This document shows, piece by piece, positions 28,888 through 39,059 of a stretch of DNA of 64,000 nucleotides. The notes beneath the pieces were generated by a model that saw only the letters and a program-made list of their open reading frames with translations, did no database searches and was not told the DNA's origin. Made by a program: the position numbers and the translations under genes. The stretch is taken from positions 224,001-288,000 of the forward strand of contig CAWBAN010000005.1 of the NCBI GenBank assembly GCA_963786935.1. Reading direction: 5' to 3'. How positions within the stretch are numbered: the stretch's first letter is position 1; each line of letters opens with the position of its first letter. The stretch comes from an uncultured bacterium (GTDB lineage Bacteria; Krumholzibacteriota; Krumholzibacteriia; Krumholzibacteriales; Krumholzibacteriaceae).

Positions 28888-29978
28888 GTCGTGCGCTCGA
28901 ATACATGAAGGATCGCCCCACCTACGAGGCTCAGCCGCGGGCCGTCGCGTTCTACCTGTTCATGAAAAGGGCATTTCTGCTCTTCTTCAAACTCCTCGGT
29001 CTCTTTCGTCTGTCGAGCCGTCTCACGCGCAGAGGTTGCCGCATACTCTGCTACCACGGTTTCTCGCTCGCTGACGAAAGCGCATTCAGCAGGCGGACAT
29101 TCATTGATCCCGATACCTTCGAGAAACGAATGGCGTTTCTCAAGAGAAACGGCTTCCGCGTGCTCGGGCTCGATGAGGCGCTCAGGCTCCTTGATGCGGA
29201 CGCGATGCCGCCGAAGGCGACCGTCATAACGATAGACGATGGATTCCTGAGCGTGCGCACCGTTGCCTGGCCCGTCCTCGAGAAGTATCGTTTCCCCGCG
29301 ACGATCTACGTGTCGACCTACTACGCGGTCAAGGAGAATCCCGTCTTCAACCTCGCGGTCCAGTACATGTTCTGGAAAACGAGAAAGACCGAGATCGACG
29401 TTACGGGAATCGGCATCCCTCGATCAGGCGTCGTCTCCTTGGGCGAAAAGGACGCAAAGACCGCGCTCCTCTGGGAGATCATCCGGCACGGAGACGCCGA
29501 TTGCGACGAGGAGGGGCGAGTGAGGCTCTCGTGCGCGATCGGGGAGCGCCTGGGCGTCGATTACGAGGGCATCGCGAAAAGTCGCATGCTCAGCATCATG
29601 ACTCTCGATGAGATCAAGGAGCTCGCCGCGTCCGGCGCCGACATCCAGCTCCACACGCACCGGCATGAATTTCCGCGGGTCCGCGAGAGCGCCCTTCGCG
29701 AGATACGGGACAACCGGGCGGTGCTTGAGCCCATCGTCGGAAAGACGCTCGAGCATTTCTGCTACCCGAGCGGGTTCTGGGCCGAGGATCAGTGGCCCTG
29801 GCTCGCTGAAACGGGCATGCGAAGCGCCGTCACCTGCGAGAGCGGATTGAATTATCGGGATACGCCGCGCTACGGGCTCAGGCGAATCGGGGACGACGAG
29901 GGTTTGTCCCAGATAGAACTGGAAGCGCAGATGTGCGGTTTCTATGAAATGTTCCGCCCGTTCATCAAATCGCGGTAG
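28884..29978 (+). CDS. Polysaccharide deacetylase (CE4/NodB)
   Basis: LCYHG, TIDDG, HTHRH and FCYPSG motifs. Confidence 0.92.
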   Translation: MSRALEYMKDRPTYEAQPRAVAFYLFMKRAFLLFFKLLGLFRLSSRLTRRGCRILCYHGFSLADESAFSRRTFIDPDTFEKRMAFLKRNGFRVLGLDEALRLLDADAMPPKATVITIDDGFLSVRTVAWPVLEKYRFPATIYVSTYYAVKENPVFNLAVQYMFWKTRKTEIDVTGIGIPRSGVVSLGEKDAKTALLWEIIRHGDADCDEEGRVRLSCAIGERLGVDYEGIAKSRMLSIMTLDEIKELAASGADIQLHTHRHEFPRVRESALREIRDNRAVLEPIVGKTLEHFCYPSGFWAEDQWPWLAETGMRSAVTCESGLNYRDTPRYGLRRIGDDEGLSQIELEAQMCGFYEMFRPFIKSR

Positions 29979-30994
29979 AGCGCGAGCACTTCCTCGATGT
30001 TGCCGCTGTTTTCCGGCCCCGGCACGCGTTCCTTCTCCTGCAGCCCCAACCGCTCTTCGATCGCGCCGCGGAGCGCGTCGGGATCGCCGATCGGAACGAG
30101 ACGCACCCCCTGCGGCCTGAGTCCGGTGTCCGTCGCGACGACGGGCACGGCGAGGTGCAGAGCTTCTCTCACGGCGATGGAATCCCCATCGTAACGGGAC
30201 GTCCGGAGGAACACGTCGCACCGGCGGATCGCTCCGAGCGTTTCCTCGTGCGGCATGTCCCCGCACAACAGAACATCCCCCGCGTAGGGCTTCCCGGCTA
30301 TCCGCGCCCGCAGGTCCCCCTCGAGACTCCCCGAACCGATGATCACGAGCCCCGCCTTCGAGTGTTGCTCGCGGGTACGCCCGAGGGTGTCAATCTGGAG
30401 AGAGAGATCGTATTCCGGTTCGAGAAGCCCGACCGTACAGAGGACGGGATCGTGCGCTGCGAAGAAGTCCTCGAGCCGTTCGCTCAGACGGCGGTCCCGT
30501 GGCGCCGGAGGAAGGGCGTGCGGCAGGATGAGCAGCACTTTTTCCGGCTTCAGGCCGAAGCGATGGAAGAGCCCGACGAGCTCGGGATTGACGCAGATGA
30601 TCCGGTCGAATCGGCGGAAGACGAAACCTCTCAGCGTGAGCGGTCGCGCGCTCAGCCCCGCCGGCGAGGCGGGATACCCTCCCGAATGGAAAGTGAGCAC
30701 CGCTTTCTTCCCCGGAATCGAGCAGCAGGCAAAGGCGAGCGCGAGGAGCCGCGTCGTGACGTTTCCGCCGATATGCAGGTGCACGATGTCGTAGCGGAGC
30801 CGCACGAGGAGCCGGAGGAGCCCGAGCCCGTTCCTCGGGTAGTAGATACCGTCCGCGTCGGGCTTGCGGTGGCGCGTGATGTTGATGACCTGCGGAGAGA
30901 AGCCGTTGCCGAGCAAGAGCCGATGGATAGCGACCAGGTTGCTCTGCACGCCGCCGTGGGGAGGAGGATAGGGGCCCAGCTGAAGCACTCGCAT
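29942..30994 (-). CDS. Glycosyltransferase family 4
   Basis: GPYPPPHGGV and DGDSIAVREAL; overlaps the convergent deacetylase by 37 bp. Confidence 0.88.
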   Translation of the reverse strand: MRVLQLGPYPPPHGGVQSNLVAIHRLLLGNGFSPQVINITRHRKPDADGIYYPRNGLGLLRLLVRLRYDIVHLHIGGNVTTRLLALAFACCSIPGKKAVLTFHSGGYPASPAGLSARPLTLRGFVFRRFDRIICVNPELVGLFHRFGLKPEKVLLILPHALPPAPRDRRLSERLEDFFAAHDPVLCTVGLLEPEYDLSLQIDTLGRTREQHSKAGLVIIGSGSLEGDLRARIAGKPYAGDVLLCGDMPHEETLGAIRRCDVFLRTSRYDGDSIAVREALHLAVPVVATDTGLRPQGVRLVPIGDPDALRGAIEERLGLQEKERVPGPENSGNIEEVLALYRDLMNGRNIS

Positions 30995-31004
30995 GTTCGT
31001 ATCG

Positions 31005-33176
31005 CTAGTAGAGGATCGCTTCGAGATCGATGGCGCACGGCGTTTGCGTCCGCGCCGATTCGAGCATGCGCAGTCCGCCGATCGTCGCGCGCGCGCCGTC
31101 CCGCTCGGTGACCTCGGGCGGTTCGCCGCTGCGCAGACTCGAAAGGAAGGACGCCATCTGCATATCGTACCCCTTCGCGGGCCAGAGGCGGGATTTGGTC
31201 CTGCTCACAGCGCCCATGACGGTGGACCGCTTGAAGTTCTCCGCGACTGCGCCGCCGCCGTTCACGAACACCTCGACGCGTTCCCCCTGTGAAGCCTTGC
31301 TCCCGACGGTGCAATAGGTGAAATTCGCGATGGACCCGTCCGCGAAAAAGAAACTCGCCGCGATATTGTTCTCTCCGATCGGTTCGGCCGCGCCCGTCGG
31401 CAAGCTGAACGCGGAGACGCCGACCGGCTCCGACCCGAGGAGCCAGTACATGAGGTCTATGAAATGGACCGCCTCTCCGAGAATCGCCCCGCCGATCGAT
31501 GGATCGGCGCCCCAGAAGGAGCCTGACATGCCGGGCGAATTGATGCGGCAATTTATCACCGCGGGGCCCGATCGTCGCGCCGCGAATTGTTTGAGCTCCC
31601 GATAGCTCGGCGCGAAGCGTCTGTTGAATCCGACCGACAGACGCTTGCCGCTTTCACGCACCGCCCCCAGGAGCGCGCGGCATTCATCCTCCGTGAGCGC
31701 CATGGGCTTCTCGACGAAGACGTGCTTACCCGCCTTGAGCGCCGCGAGCGCCTGCTCCGCATGATATTGATGGCGGGTGGTGATGATGACGACGTCGATC
31801 GCGGGATCCTTCAGAATATCCGCGTAATCCGTGCAGCAGTAAGCCGCGCCGTACCGGCGCGCGTAACTCTTGGCGCGCACGCCGTTCGTCGCGCATACTG
31901 CGCGCAGCGTGACGTTCGGAGTCTTCTTGATGCGTGGCATGTGCGCCCACCGCACGATGTTCGACGCCCCGACGAGGGCGACGCGCAGGCCCGAGGAGCC
32001 GGCTGGCGGGGCGGCGACGGGAACCGCCGTCTTTCCTCCTGCGGGCGGGGTGATTTCAGCCGAACCCGGCACGGGGTAGCGCAGAAGCACGGCGAGGCTG
32101 CGTGCCGAAGCGTCCAGGATCGTCTCATATGCCCGCGGCGCTTCGGTCAGCGGGAACTCGTGCGTGATGAGCGGCTTGAGCCTGACGTCTCCGCGGGAGA
32201 CCAGTCTCAGGAATTCCGCCATATTGCGGTTCTCGGTCCAGCGCACGTACGCGATCGGGTAATCCTGAGCGCCCTTTTCGTAGCGTTCGTCGTAGCTGCC
32301 GGGACCGTACGCGCGCGACATGAAGAGCCGGATTTCCTTCTTGTACATCTCTTCCCAGGGGAAATGCATGTCGACGGCTCCGACGATGACGATACGGCCC
32401 CGATCCTTGCAGATCGAGAGCGCTTGCGCGCAGGGAATCGCCGATTTCGAGGCGGCCGCGACGATGACGCAGTCCGCCCCTCTTCCATCGGTGATGCCTC
32501 GGATCGCTTCCGGAAGTGACGCGCCCCCCAAGAATCCGTGCGAAGCGCCGAGGTTCCGCGCGAGCTCCACGCGGTTCTCGACGAGATCGATCGCCAGGGC
32601 GATGCCGCCGCTCGCGCGCACGAGCTGGCAGACGAGCTGTCCAACGATCCCCAGGCCGAGCACGGCGACCGTATCACCGAGGCCGATCTCGGCGATGCGG
32701 ATCGAGTTGAGCGCGATGCTCCCGAGGGTCGTGAAGCACGCTTCCTCGAATTGCACGTCGTCCGGAACCGGGACGACGAGGTTTCTCCCGGTGATGATCG
32801 TCTCGGCGTGTCCGGTTCCTTCGCCCCCGTAGGCAACGCGCGCCCCGACGGCCATATCCGTCACGGTCGGATGCTTGTCGATGAGGATTCCCGCCCCCGA
32901 ATAGCCGAGCGCCGCGTACTCATTGAACTTCGCGAGAATCTCATGCGTCGTGCGCACGGGATCGGTGATCTTCATTACTTCCCAGATCTTCCGGAGATGG
33001 GAGGGATTCTCAGCGACTTCCTTGACCACAGCTTCTTGATGGATGCTCGCCGTTTCGGTCCCGCTCGAGATGAGGGAGTATACGGGCTTGATGAGAACAT
33101 GGTGGGCCTTCGCGATCGGCTCCGGGACTTCGTCCACGATAATGTCCCGAAGACCTTTTCGAATCACTTGTTTCAT
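31005..33176 (-). CDS. Bi-domain oxidoreductase (MDR/ADH-like plus Gfo/Idh/MocA)
   Basis: SLISSGTE, GLGIVG, YGPG.YD, RWTENRN, VEKP and GFNRRF motifs. Confidence 0.92.
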   Translation of the reverse strand: MKQVIRKGLRDIIVDEVPEPIAKAHHVLIKPVYSLISSGTETASIHQEAVVKEVAENPSHLRKIWEVMKITDPVRTTHEILAKFNEYAALGYSGAGILIDKHPTVTDMAVGARVAYGGEGTGHAETIITGRNLVVPVPDDVQFEEACFTTLGSIALNSIRIAEIGLGDTVAVLGLGIVGQLVCQLVRASGGIALAIDLVENRVELARNLGASHGFLGGASLPEAIRGITDGRGADCVIVAAASKSAIPCAQALSICKDRGRIVIVGAVDMHFPWEEMYKKEIRLFMSRAYGPGSYDERYEKGAQDYPIAYVRWTENRNMAEFLRLVSRGDVRLKPLITHEFPLTEAPRAYETILDASARSLAVLLRYPVPGSAEITPPAGGKTAVPVAAPPAGSSGLRVALVGASNIVRWAHMPRIKKTPNVTLRAVCATNGVRAKSYARRYGAAYCCTDYADILKDPAIDVVIITTRHQYHAEQALAALKAGKHVFVEKPMALTEDECRALLGAVRESGKRLSVGFNRRFAPSYRELKQFAARRSGPAVINCRINSPGMSGSFWGADPSIGGAILGEAVHFIDLMYWLLGSEPVGVSAFSLPTGAAEPIGENNIAASFFFADGSIANFTYCTVGSKASQGERVEVFVNGGGAVAENFKRSTVMGAVSRTKSRLWPAKGYDMQMASFLSSLRSGEPPEVTERDGARATIGGLRMLESARTQTPCAIDLEAILY

Positions 33177-33453
33177 CGTAACCGCTCTTCCCGGCGAATA
33201 GAGTGTGTACGAGACCTTTTCGGATAATTCCGCGTTCAGAGAGAGAACGTTCAAGGGAACGCTATCAGAACCAATCGGGTTGAGCAAGAAGAATACCAGT
33301 TGCTGCCGGGGGGGAGCGATGCGCCACCGGCGAAGAAAAAACGGTTGAAATCATTTCAGCCTTGGCATATCATCCGCGGAGAGCGCAACTGCTCAATTTG
33401 TTATTATACAATAGGTTGTTTGATTGCGCGCTCGGGGCGCCGGTGAACACCAA

Positions 33454-34227
33454 ATGAGAATCTCCGAATTCATCCTGAAAATCAAGCGGAGGGAAACTCC
33501 TTTCTACGATCGTCTATACCGGATGGGGAAGGCCGCACGCGGATGGGAGATGCCCTACGTCAAAGGGCTCCACGATTTCGGGTACCACGAGCGATTGTTT
33601 AGAATCAACGCATGGCGTTCCTTTTGGCGGGTGTTCTATTATCAGCCGCTCTTTCGCAGCCGGTGCGTTTCGTGCGGCAGTCGTCTCTATATCGACAACA
33701 CCGGCCAGGGAATTCCGTTCCTCGAGGGAAACCTCAAGATAAGAATCGGGAACGATGTCTTTCTCTACGACCGCATCACGCTCGCCGGTCTCACCGCCGG
33801 CGAGAATCCGATGTTCACGGTCGGCGACAACACGATGATAGCCATGCCGATCGCGATTATGGTAGGCCGTGAGGTCTCGATCGGCTCGAACTGCCTCATC
33901 GGGAGCAGTCTCATCGCCGACAACTCCGGCCATAACCTCGATTACAAGATTAGATTCCAGAAGCTCGTCAAGATCCTCATCGGTAAAGTGAAGATCGGCA
34001 ACTACGTCTATACCGGTCACCAGTCGATAATCATCGGCAACGTCACGATCGGCGACGGAGCGATTATCGGCGCGGGCTCGGTGGTCACCACGAGCATTCC
34101 GCCCTTCTGCGTCGTCGTGGGCAATCCGGCGCGCCTCGTCAAGAAGCTCCCCTTCCCGAAAGAGATGATAGATGTCGTCGGGGAGGAGCAGTACCGAAAG
34201 TACCTCGATGCGAAGGTCGAAGCGTAA
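33454..34227 (+). CDS. Hexapeptide-repeat acyltransferase
   Basis: VTIGDGAIIGAGSVVT...GNPAR. Confidence 0.9.
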   Translation: MRISEFILKIKRRETPFYDRLYRMGKAARGWEMPYVKGLHDFGYHERLFRINAWRSFWRVFYYQPLFRSRCVSCGSRLYIDNTGQGIPFLEGNLKIRIGNDVFLYDRITLAGLTAGENPMFTVGDNTMIAMPIAIMVGREVSIGSNCLIGSSLIADNSGHNLDYKIRFQKLVKILIGKVKIGNYVYTGHQSIIIGNVTIGDGAIIGAGSVVTTSIPPFCVVVGNPARLVKKLPFPKEMIDVVGEEQYRKYLDAKVEA

Positions 34228-34235
34228 GAAGGAAC

Positions 34236-35318
34236 CTATTTGAACAATGCGTCCAGCGTCCGCACCCAACGACGCGGATGCCTTCTGTCCTGACTCTCAT
34301 AGCGATACAATACGAGAATGGCGAGCGCGATGCTTGCCAGGATGAGCACGTAGTTCAGAAACTCCGGCACGGCCGCATAGAAATTCAACACGCCCACCGC
34401 CTTCACGCAGTAGAGGTGCACCACGAAGGCCAGCAAGGCGTGACGGCCGAGGAGAGCGACCCCGGGGTAGAAAGGCATCGCTCGTATCACCCGCCAAAAT
34501 CTCATCGTCCCGAGCAGGATCGTCGTTATGATCGGCGCCTGGTAGAGAAGTCCGAACACATTCAAAGGATGCGTCGAGACAAGGCGGCCGGGAAAAATCT
34601 TTCCGTGCAGAAGGGTCATCGTTATGATCAGCGCCGCGCAACTTGCGATGAGCCACCCGTTCAGGTTGCGGGGGCCGAGCCTGCCGCCGGCGTACACGGC
34701 TTTCCCCCACGCGCAGCCCGCGACGAAGTAGAGCTGAATAACCAGGAACGGGAACACCGCCGGGTCGCCCGGATCCAATAGGTGCGGCGAGAAATTGCCC
34801 AACGCGAACAATGCGGCGCTCGCGACGAAGAGCGCCCAATCGAGCTTTGCCCCGAACAGGAACAGAATGAGCGGGCTCGCGAGGAACAGAGGAATAAATG
34901 TCGGAAGGATGTGCACGACTCCGATCTGGTTCATAAAGGCGGCCGATTTCAAAACGAAGAGCCACAGCGGTTCCTCGCGGCCGACGCTTCCGTAACGGAT
35001 CACGTGAAGAGGAACATTCACGGTGACGATGACGATATATTGAATCGCGAGAATCTGCAACGCCCTCCCCCAAAGCCGCCGCGACGTTTCCCGGCGGTCC
35101 CGCAGATAACCCGCGAAATAGTGCTGCCCGATCATGAAGCCCGCCAACAGCACGAATAGCGCCATTGCGGTTTCCGTATAGCTGACCAGCTTGTCCAGAA
35201 TCGACGGGAAGTAGCGAGAGAGGTGGCTCACCATCATCTCGATGATCGCGAAACCTCTGAGAAAATCGATTGTCTCGATTCTCCCGGCCGTTGCTTCTTC
35301 CGAACCTGATTTTTCCAA
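34236..35318 (-). CDS. OpgC-like membrane acyltransferase
   Basis: IDFLRG...H, FVLLAG, ILP and LGRHAL..F..H; multi-TM; TTG start. Confidence 0.75.
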   Translation of the reverse strand: MEKSGSEEATAGRIETIDFLRGFAIIEMMVSHLSRYFPSILDKLVSYTETAMALFVLLAGFMIGQHYFAGYLRDRRETSRRLWGRALQILAIQYIVIVTVNVPLHVIRYGSVGREEPLWLFVLKSAAFMNQIGVVHILPTFIPLFLASPLILFLFGAKLDWALFVASAALFALGNFSPHLLDPGDPAVFPFLVIQLYFVAGCAWGKAVYAGGRLGPRNLNGWLIASCAALIITMTLLHGKIFPGRLVSTHPLNVFGLLYQAPIITTILLGTMRFWRVIRAMPFYPGVALLGRHALLAFVVHLYCVKAVGVLNFYAAVPEFLNYVLILASIALAILVLYRYESQDRRHPRRWVRTLDALFK

Positions 35319-35357
35319 AGCGTTCTTGGCCTCCGCATGAGCCGTGAAGAGCAGAAA

Positions 35358-36818
35358 TCAAGCGAGTTGAGGTTCGCCGGGTCGCTCCATGTCAAGAGAA
35401 ACCAGATACACGAGCCGGTTGATGATGATCAGGTGCCACAGAAGCGGCGTGTAGAGGAGTTCGTAAAAAAACGCGGAAACGAGAATCGCAAGAAGGGCGG
35501 CGTTCAGTCCCTTGGACACGGCGATCACGGCGGATGGCTGAAGAAAGATGTCATGACGGAAATCGTCCCGTGCCTGGTTGCCGGCGAATCGTTCGGCGTT
35601 TTTTCGAGTCCGCCGGTTCGTCTTGATGAAGTCGGCGAGGAGGAACCACATAGCCACGGCACCAACAAGCCCATACTCACACAGGACGGACAGCGGCGCG
35701 CAATGGAGTGCTCTGCCCCACATCTTCCCGGGAGTGTACCCTGCGGAAATAGCTTCACCATAGCCCACGACTCGAAAGATCGCGATGCCGAAATTCCCGG
35801 TGCCGACGCCGAAGATAGGGCTGCTCAGAAACTCCCGCCATCCCCATCCCCAGAGGATCTTTCTGTCGAGACCGGTGCCCCCCTTGGTTCCCTCATTGGA
35901 GATCGTCTGCATGGTCGCCCAATATCGATGAGCGAGCTCTGGAGCAACGTTGATGAACACGAGAACCATTGCCGCCACCGCGACGGCCATGAGAATCTTG
36001 CGCTTTGTATTGAGCCAGAGATTGCCGATCACGGCGATGAAGGCGAGAAACACGCCGCGCCCGAAGGAGATGATGATTCCGACGATACAGAAGATCACCG
36101 TGGCAATGGTCAGCAGCTTCAAGAGCCGGCCCGGCAAAGCATGGTAGAGGAAAAAGGCGTATACAAATCCCATCACCATCAAGGGCCCGAATCCATCGCG
36201 GTTTGCGAAATGTATATGCCAGTAAACGATTTGGCGGGTGCCTGGATCGATATCGCTGGCGATCGGTGTCAGCTTGAGACTGACCAATCCCCAGATGCCG
36301 TAGTACAAGAACATGAAGAAGTACAATCGGAGGATCGTGGCGGCTCTTTTCGGGGTGTTGCAGAAGCTGAGCGTCAAGAGCCCCAGAGCGTAGTACTGGA
36401 ACATTTGACGAACGATGAGCCGCGCGATGCCCCAGTTCCCGAACACGAACGCGATCACGGTCCCGAACAGCGTCAGACCGAAGAATACCGTAAACCATTT
36501 CACGTGTCTCTTCGGGGCCGGGGAAAAAAACCATCGGATACATGTTGCGAAAAGCAGAAGTTCAGGGACCCACTTGAGCGGCGCCAGTGCCGGAATATAA
36601 TGGGTTATCAGTCGCGCAGGCTCGAACAGAAAGAGAAACCAGAGGCAGATAACCAGCCGATTATCCAGCACGTACTTGCTGTCGGCGTCAGTCCCGTGCG
36701 GCGATTCCGAAGACGAGTCTGGAGCGTCCGGTATACGAGGTCCGTTCGCGGCAAACCGGAACCATCGCTGCGGCCTGCTATTCATCGAACCCTCACGCAT
36801 GGGCGGCACGCTCAACAT
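35358..36818 (-). CDS. O-antigen ligase / Wzy polymerase family protein
   Basis: Multi-TM; SFGRG, R..LW, PIFGVG.GNF and H......L.EYGLVG motifs. Confidence 0.88.
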   Translation of the reverse strand: MLSVPPMREGSMNSRPQRWFRFAANGPRIPDAPDSSSESPHGTDADSKYVLDNRLVICLWFLFLFEPARLITHYIPALAPLKWVPELLLFATCIRWFFSPAPKRHVKWFTVFFGLTLFGTVIAFVFGNWGIARLIVRQMFQYYALGLLTLSFCNTPKRAATILRLYFFMFLYYGIWGLVSLKLTPIASDIDPGTRQIVYWHIHFANRDGFGPLMVMGFVYAFFLYHALPGRLLKLLTIATVIFCIVGIIISFGRGVFLAFIAVIGNLWLNTKRKILMAVAVAAMVLVFINVAPELAHRYWATMQTISNEGTKGGTGLDRKILWGWGWREFLSSPIFGVGTGNFGIAIFRVVGYGEAISAGYTPGKMWGRALHCAPLSVLCEYGLVGAVAMWFLLADFIKTNRRTRKNAERFAGNQARDDFRHDIFLQPSAVIAVSKGLNAALLAILVSAFFYELLYTPLLWHLIIINRLVYLVSLDMERPGEPQLA

Positions 36819-36980
36819 GGGCTCTCATCGGAAAGGGATACTATGGAAATATCGAATCCCTGTCAAGATGTTCACGTGGAGTGAATTACGGCGCGAGAAC
36901 CGTTTTCCGCGAGATCGTTTCCTTGCCCGCCGGGTCAAGCGTCATAACGGGCTTGATTGCAGTGCGAAAAGTCAGGCATA

Positions 36981-38135
36981 ATGAGCCCACGTATGCTCCT
37001 TCTCTTTTACATCAGCCTCGGAGTCATCCTCTACGCCTATTTCGGCTATCCCCTGCTCCTGATGTTCCGGAAGCTCGTCGGCGGCAGGCCCGTCATGAAA
37101 AAGGATATTCTGCCGATGATCTCGGTGCTCATACCCGTCCACAACGAGGAACGGCACGTCGAGCGGAAGATCGGGAATCTGCTGGAGTCGGACTATCCGC
37201 GGGACAGGATGGAGATCATCGTCGGGTGCGACGGCTCGACGGACGGCACGCTCGCGATCATCGAGCGGCTGGCCGCGGAGGGCGCGATCCGGTATTGCGC
37301 GTCGCCCGAGCGGATCGGCAAACCCGCCATGCTCAATATGCTGGCGCGGGAGGCGGGAGGGGAGATCTACGTTTTCGCGGATGCGCGCCAGCGCTTCGAG
37401 CGGGGGGCGATCCGGGAGCTGGTACGGTGCTTCGGCGACGAGAGCGTGGGATGCGTGAGCGGTGAGCTCGTCATCGAGGATACGACGGAAGGCAGCGGCC
37501 GCGGCGTCGGGCTCTACTGGAAATACGAGGTATGGCTGCGGAAGATGGAGAGCGATACTGGCTCGATGCTGGGGGCGACGGGTGCGATCTACGCGATTCG
37601 CAAGGAATTCTTCCACCCCTTGCCCGAGGATGTGCTGCTGGACGACGTTTTCACGCCGCTGAACGCGATCATGGCGAAGAAGCGGGCCGTCCTCGAACCC
37701 TCGGCCCGCGCGTTCGACACGGTGTCGGAGAGCACGGAGAAGGAGTTCATGCGCAAGGTCCGGACGCTCGTCGGCAATTTTCAAATCTTTTCGCTATTCA
37801 CCGCGGCCTTCGATCCGTCCCGGAGCCCCATCGCGTGGCAGCTCTTCTCCCATAAATTCCTGCGGCTGACGCTCTCCTATTTTCTCGCTTTATTGTTCAT
37901 CTCGAGCGCTTTCCTCGCGCAGACCGGTCTCGCCTTTCGCGCGCTGCTGTTCCTGCAGGCCGCTTTCTATGCGCTGGCCGTGGCCGGCCATTTTCTGGAG
38001 AGAACCGGGACGAGAATCTCGGGTATTACGCGACTCTTATACGTCCCCTATGAGTTCTGCGTGTTGAATGCCGCGGCGGTCGTGGCCCTCTTCAAGTATC
38101 TGTCGGGGGGCATGGACGTGAGATGGCATAAGTAG
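36981..38135 (+). CDS. Glycosyltransferase family 2 with TM helices
   Basis: PVHNEE, DGSTD, GK, FAD, GAIYAIR, DD and RKVR motifs. Confidence 0.93.
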   Translation: MSPRMLLLFYISLGVILYAYFGYPLLLMFRKLVGGRPVMKKDILPMISVLIPVHNEERHVERKIGNLLESDYPRDRMEIIVGCDGSTDGTLAIIERLAAEGAIRYCASPERIGKPAMLNMLAREAGGEIYVFADARQRFERGAIRELVRCFGDESVGCVSGELVIEDTTEGSGRGVGLYWKYEVWLRKMESDTGSMLGATGAIYAIRKEFFHPLPEDVLLDDVFTPLNAIMAKKRAVLEPSARAFDTVSESTEKEFMRKVRTLVGNFQIFSLFTAAFDPSRSPIAWQLFSHKFLRLTLSYFLALLFISSAFLAQTGLAFRALLFLQAAFYALAVAGHFLERTGTRISGITRLLYVPYEFCVLNAAAVVALFKYLSGGMDVRWHK

Positions 38136-38190
38136 GGCGTCGGCCTGCCGCGCATGCGCCCCGCGGCGGATCAGGCCCCCCCGCGGCGTC

Positions 38191-38838
38191 TCAGGCGTCC
38201 CCCGCGAGGAACGGATTCTCCCGCTTCTCCTCGCCGATCGTCGTGCGCGGCCCGTGCCCGCAGTAGACGATCGTCGCGTCGGGGAGGGTGAAGAGCTCGT
38301 TCCGGATCGAGGCGAGGAGCGTTTCCAGATCCCCGCCCTCGAAATCGGTCCTGCCGATCGAGCGGCAGAAGAGCGTGTCTCCGGCGAGGACGAATCCGTC
38401 GAAGAGGATCGATATCCCCCCCGGCGTGTGCCCCGGCGTGTGGAGCACCTTCCCCCGCGCCGCGCCGAAGACGATCTCGTCCCCGGCCGCGAGCACGCGA
38501 TCGACCTTCGGCTCCCTGATCCGCCCCATGCCCCAGAACGGCGCCTCCTTGACGGAGAGCTTCGCGATGCGCAGGTCGTCCTGGTGGAGCGCGAACGGAA
38601 CGCGATAGCGCTCCTGGAGCTCGAATACGGATGCGATATGATCGCTGTGCCCGTGCGTGCTCACGATCGCGACCGGCTCGAGCCGCGTTTCCTCGACGAA
38701 CGTCTCGACGAGGTCGGGATCGCCCCCCGGATCGACGATGATCGCCTTCCGCGTTTCGGGGCACGAGAGAATGTAGCAGTTCGTCTCGATGGGGCCGACG
38801 ACCCTGCACGCGACGCGAACATCGCTTGTTCCGCTCAT
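38191..38838 (-). CDS. MBL-fold metallo-hydrolase (glyoxalase II-like)
   Basis: THGHSDH, TPGHTPG, GDTLF and GHG motifs. Confidence 0.93.
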   Translation of the reverse strand: MSGTSDVRVACRVVGPIETNCYILSCPETRKAIIVDPGGDPDLVETFVEETRLEPVAIVSTHGHSDHIASVFELQERYRVPFALHQDDLRIAKLSVKEAPFWGMGRIREPKVDRVLAAGDEIVFGAARGKVLHTPGHTPGGISILFDGFVLAGDTLFCRSIGRTDFEGGDLETLLASIRNELFTLPDATIVYCGHGPRTTIGEEKRENPFLAGDA

Positions 38839-38846
38839 ACGTTTCC

Positions 38847-39059
38847 TCACTTCGTTCGCTTCCGGGGATCCGCCGGGCACGCGAGCGCCCCCGTCGGGCA
38901 GACGAGCGCCGCGACGCCGCACGGGCGGCAGCGCTCGCGCGCGACGACGAGCTCGAGCCCCTCGACGACGAGCGCCTCGGCGGGGCAGGCCGAAACGCAC
39001 GCGCCGCAGACGACGCAGCGGGCGCGGTCGACCGTCAATTCTTCGGAGGAGCCCTTCAT
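38847..39059 (-). CDS. Small bacterial-type ferredoxin
   Basis: 70 aa; CVVCGACVSACP and CRPCGVAALVCP; overlaps the upstream stop codon. Confidence 0.85.
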   Translation of the reverse strand: MKGSSEELTVDRARCVVCGACVSACPAEALVVEGLELVVARERCRPCGVAALVCPTGALACPADPRKRTK

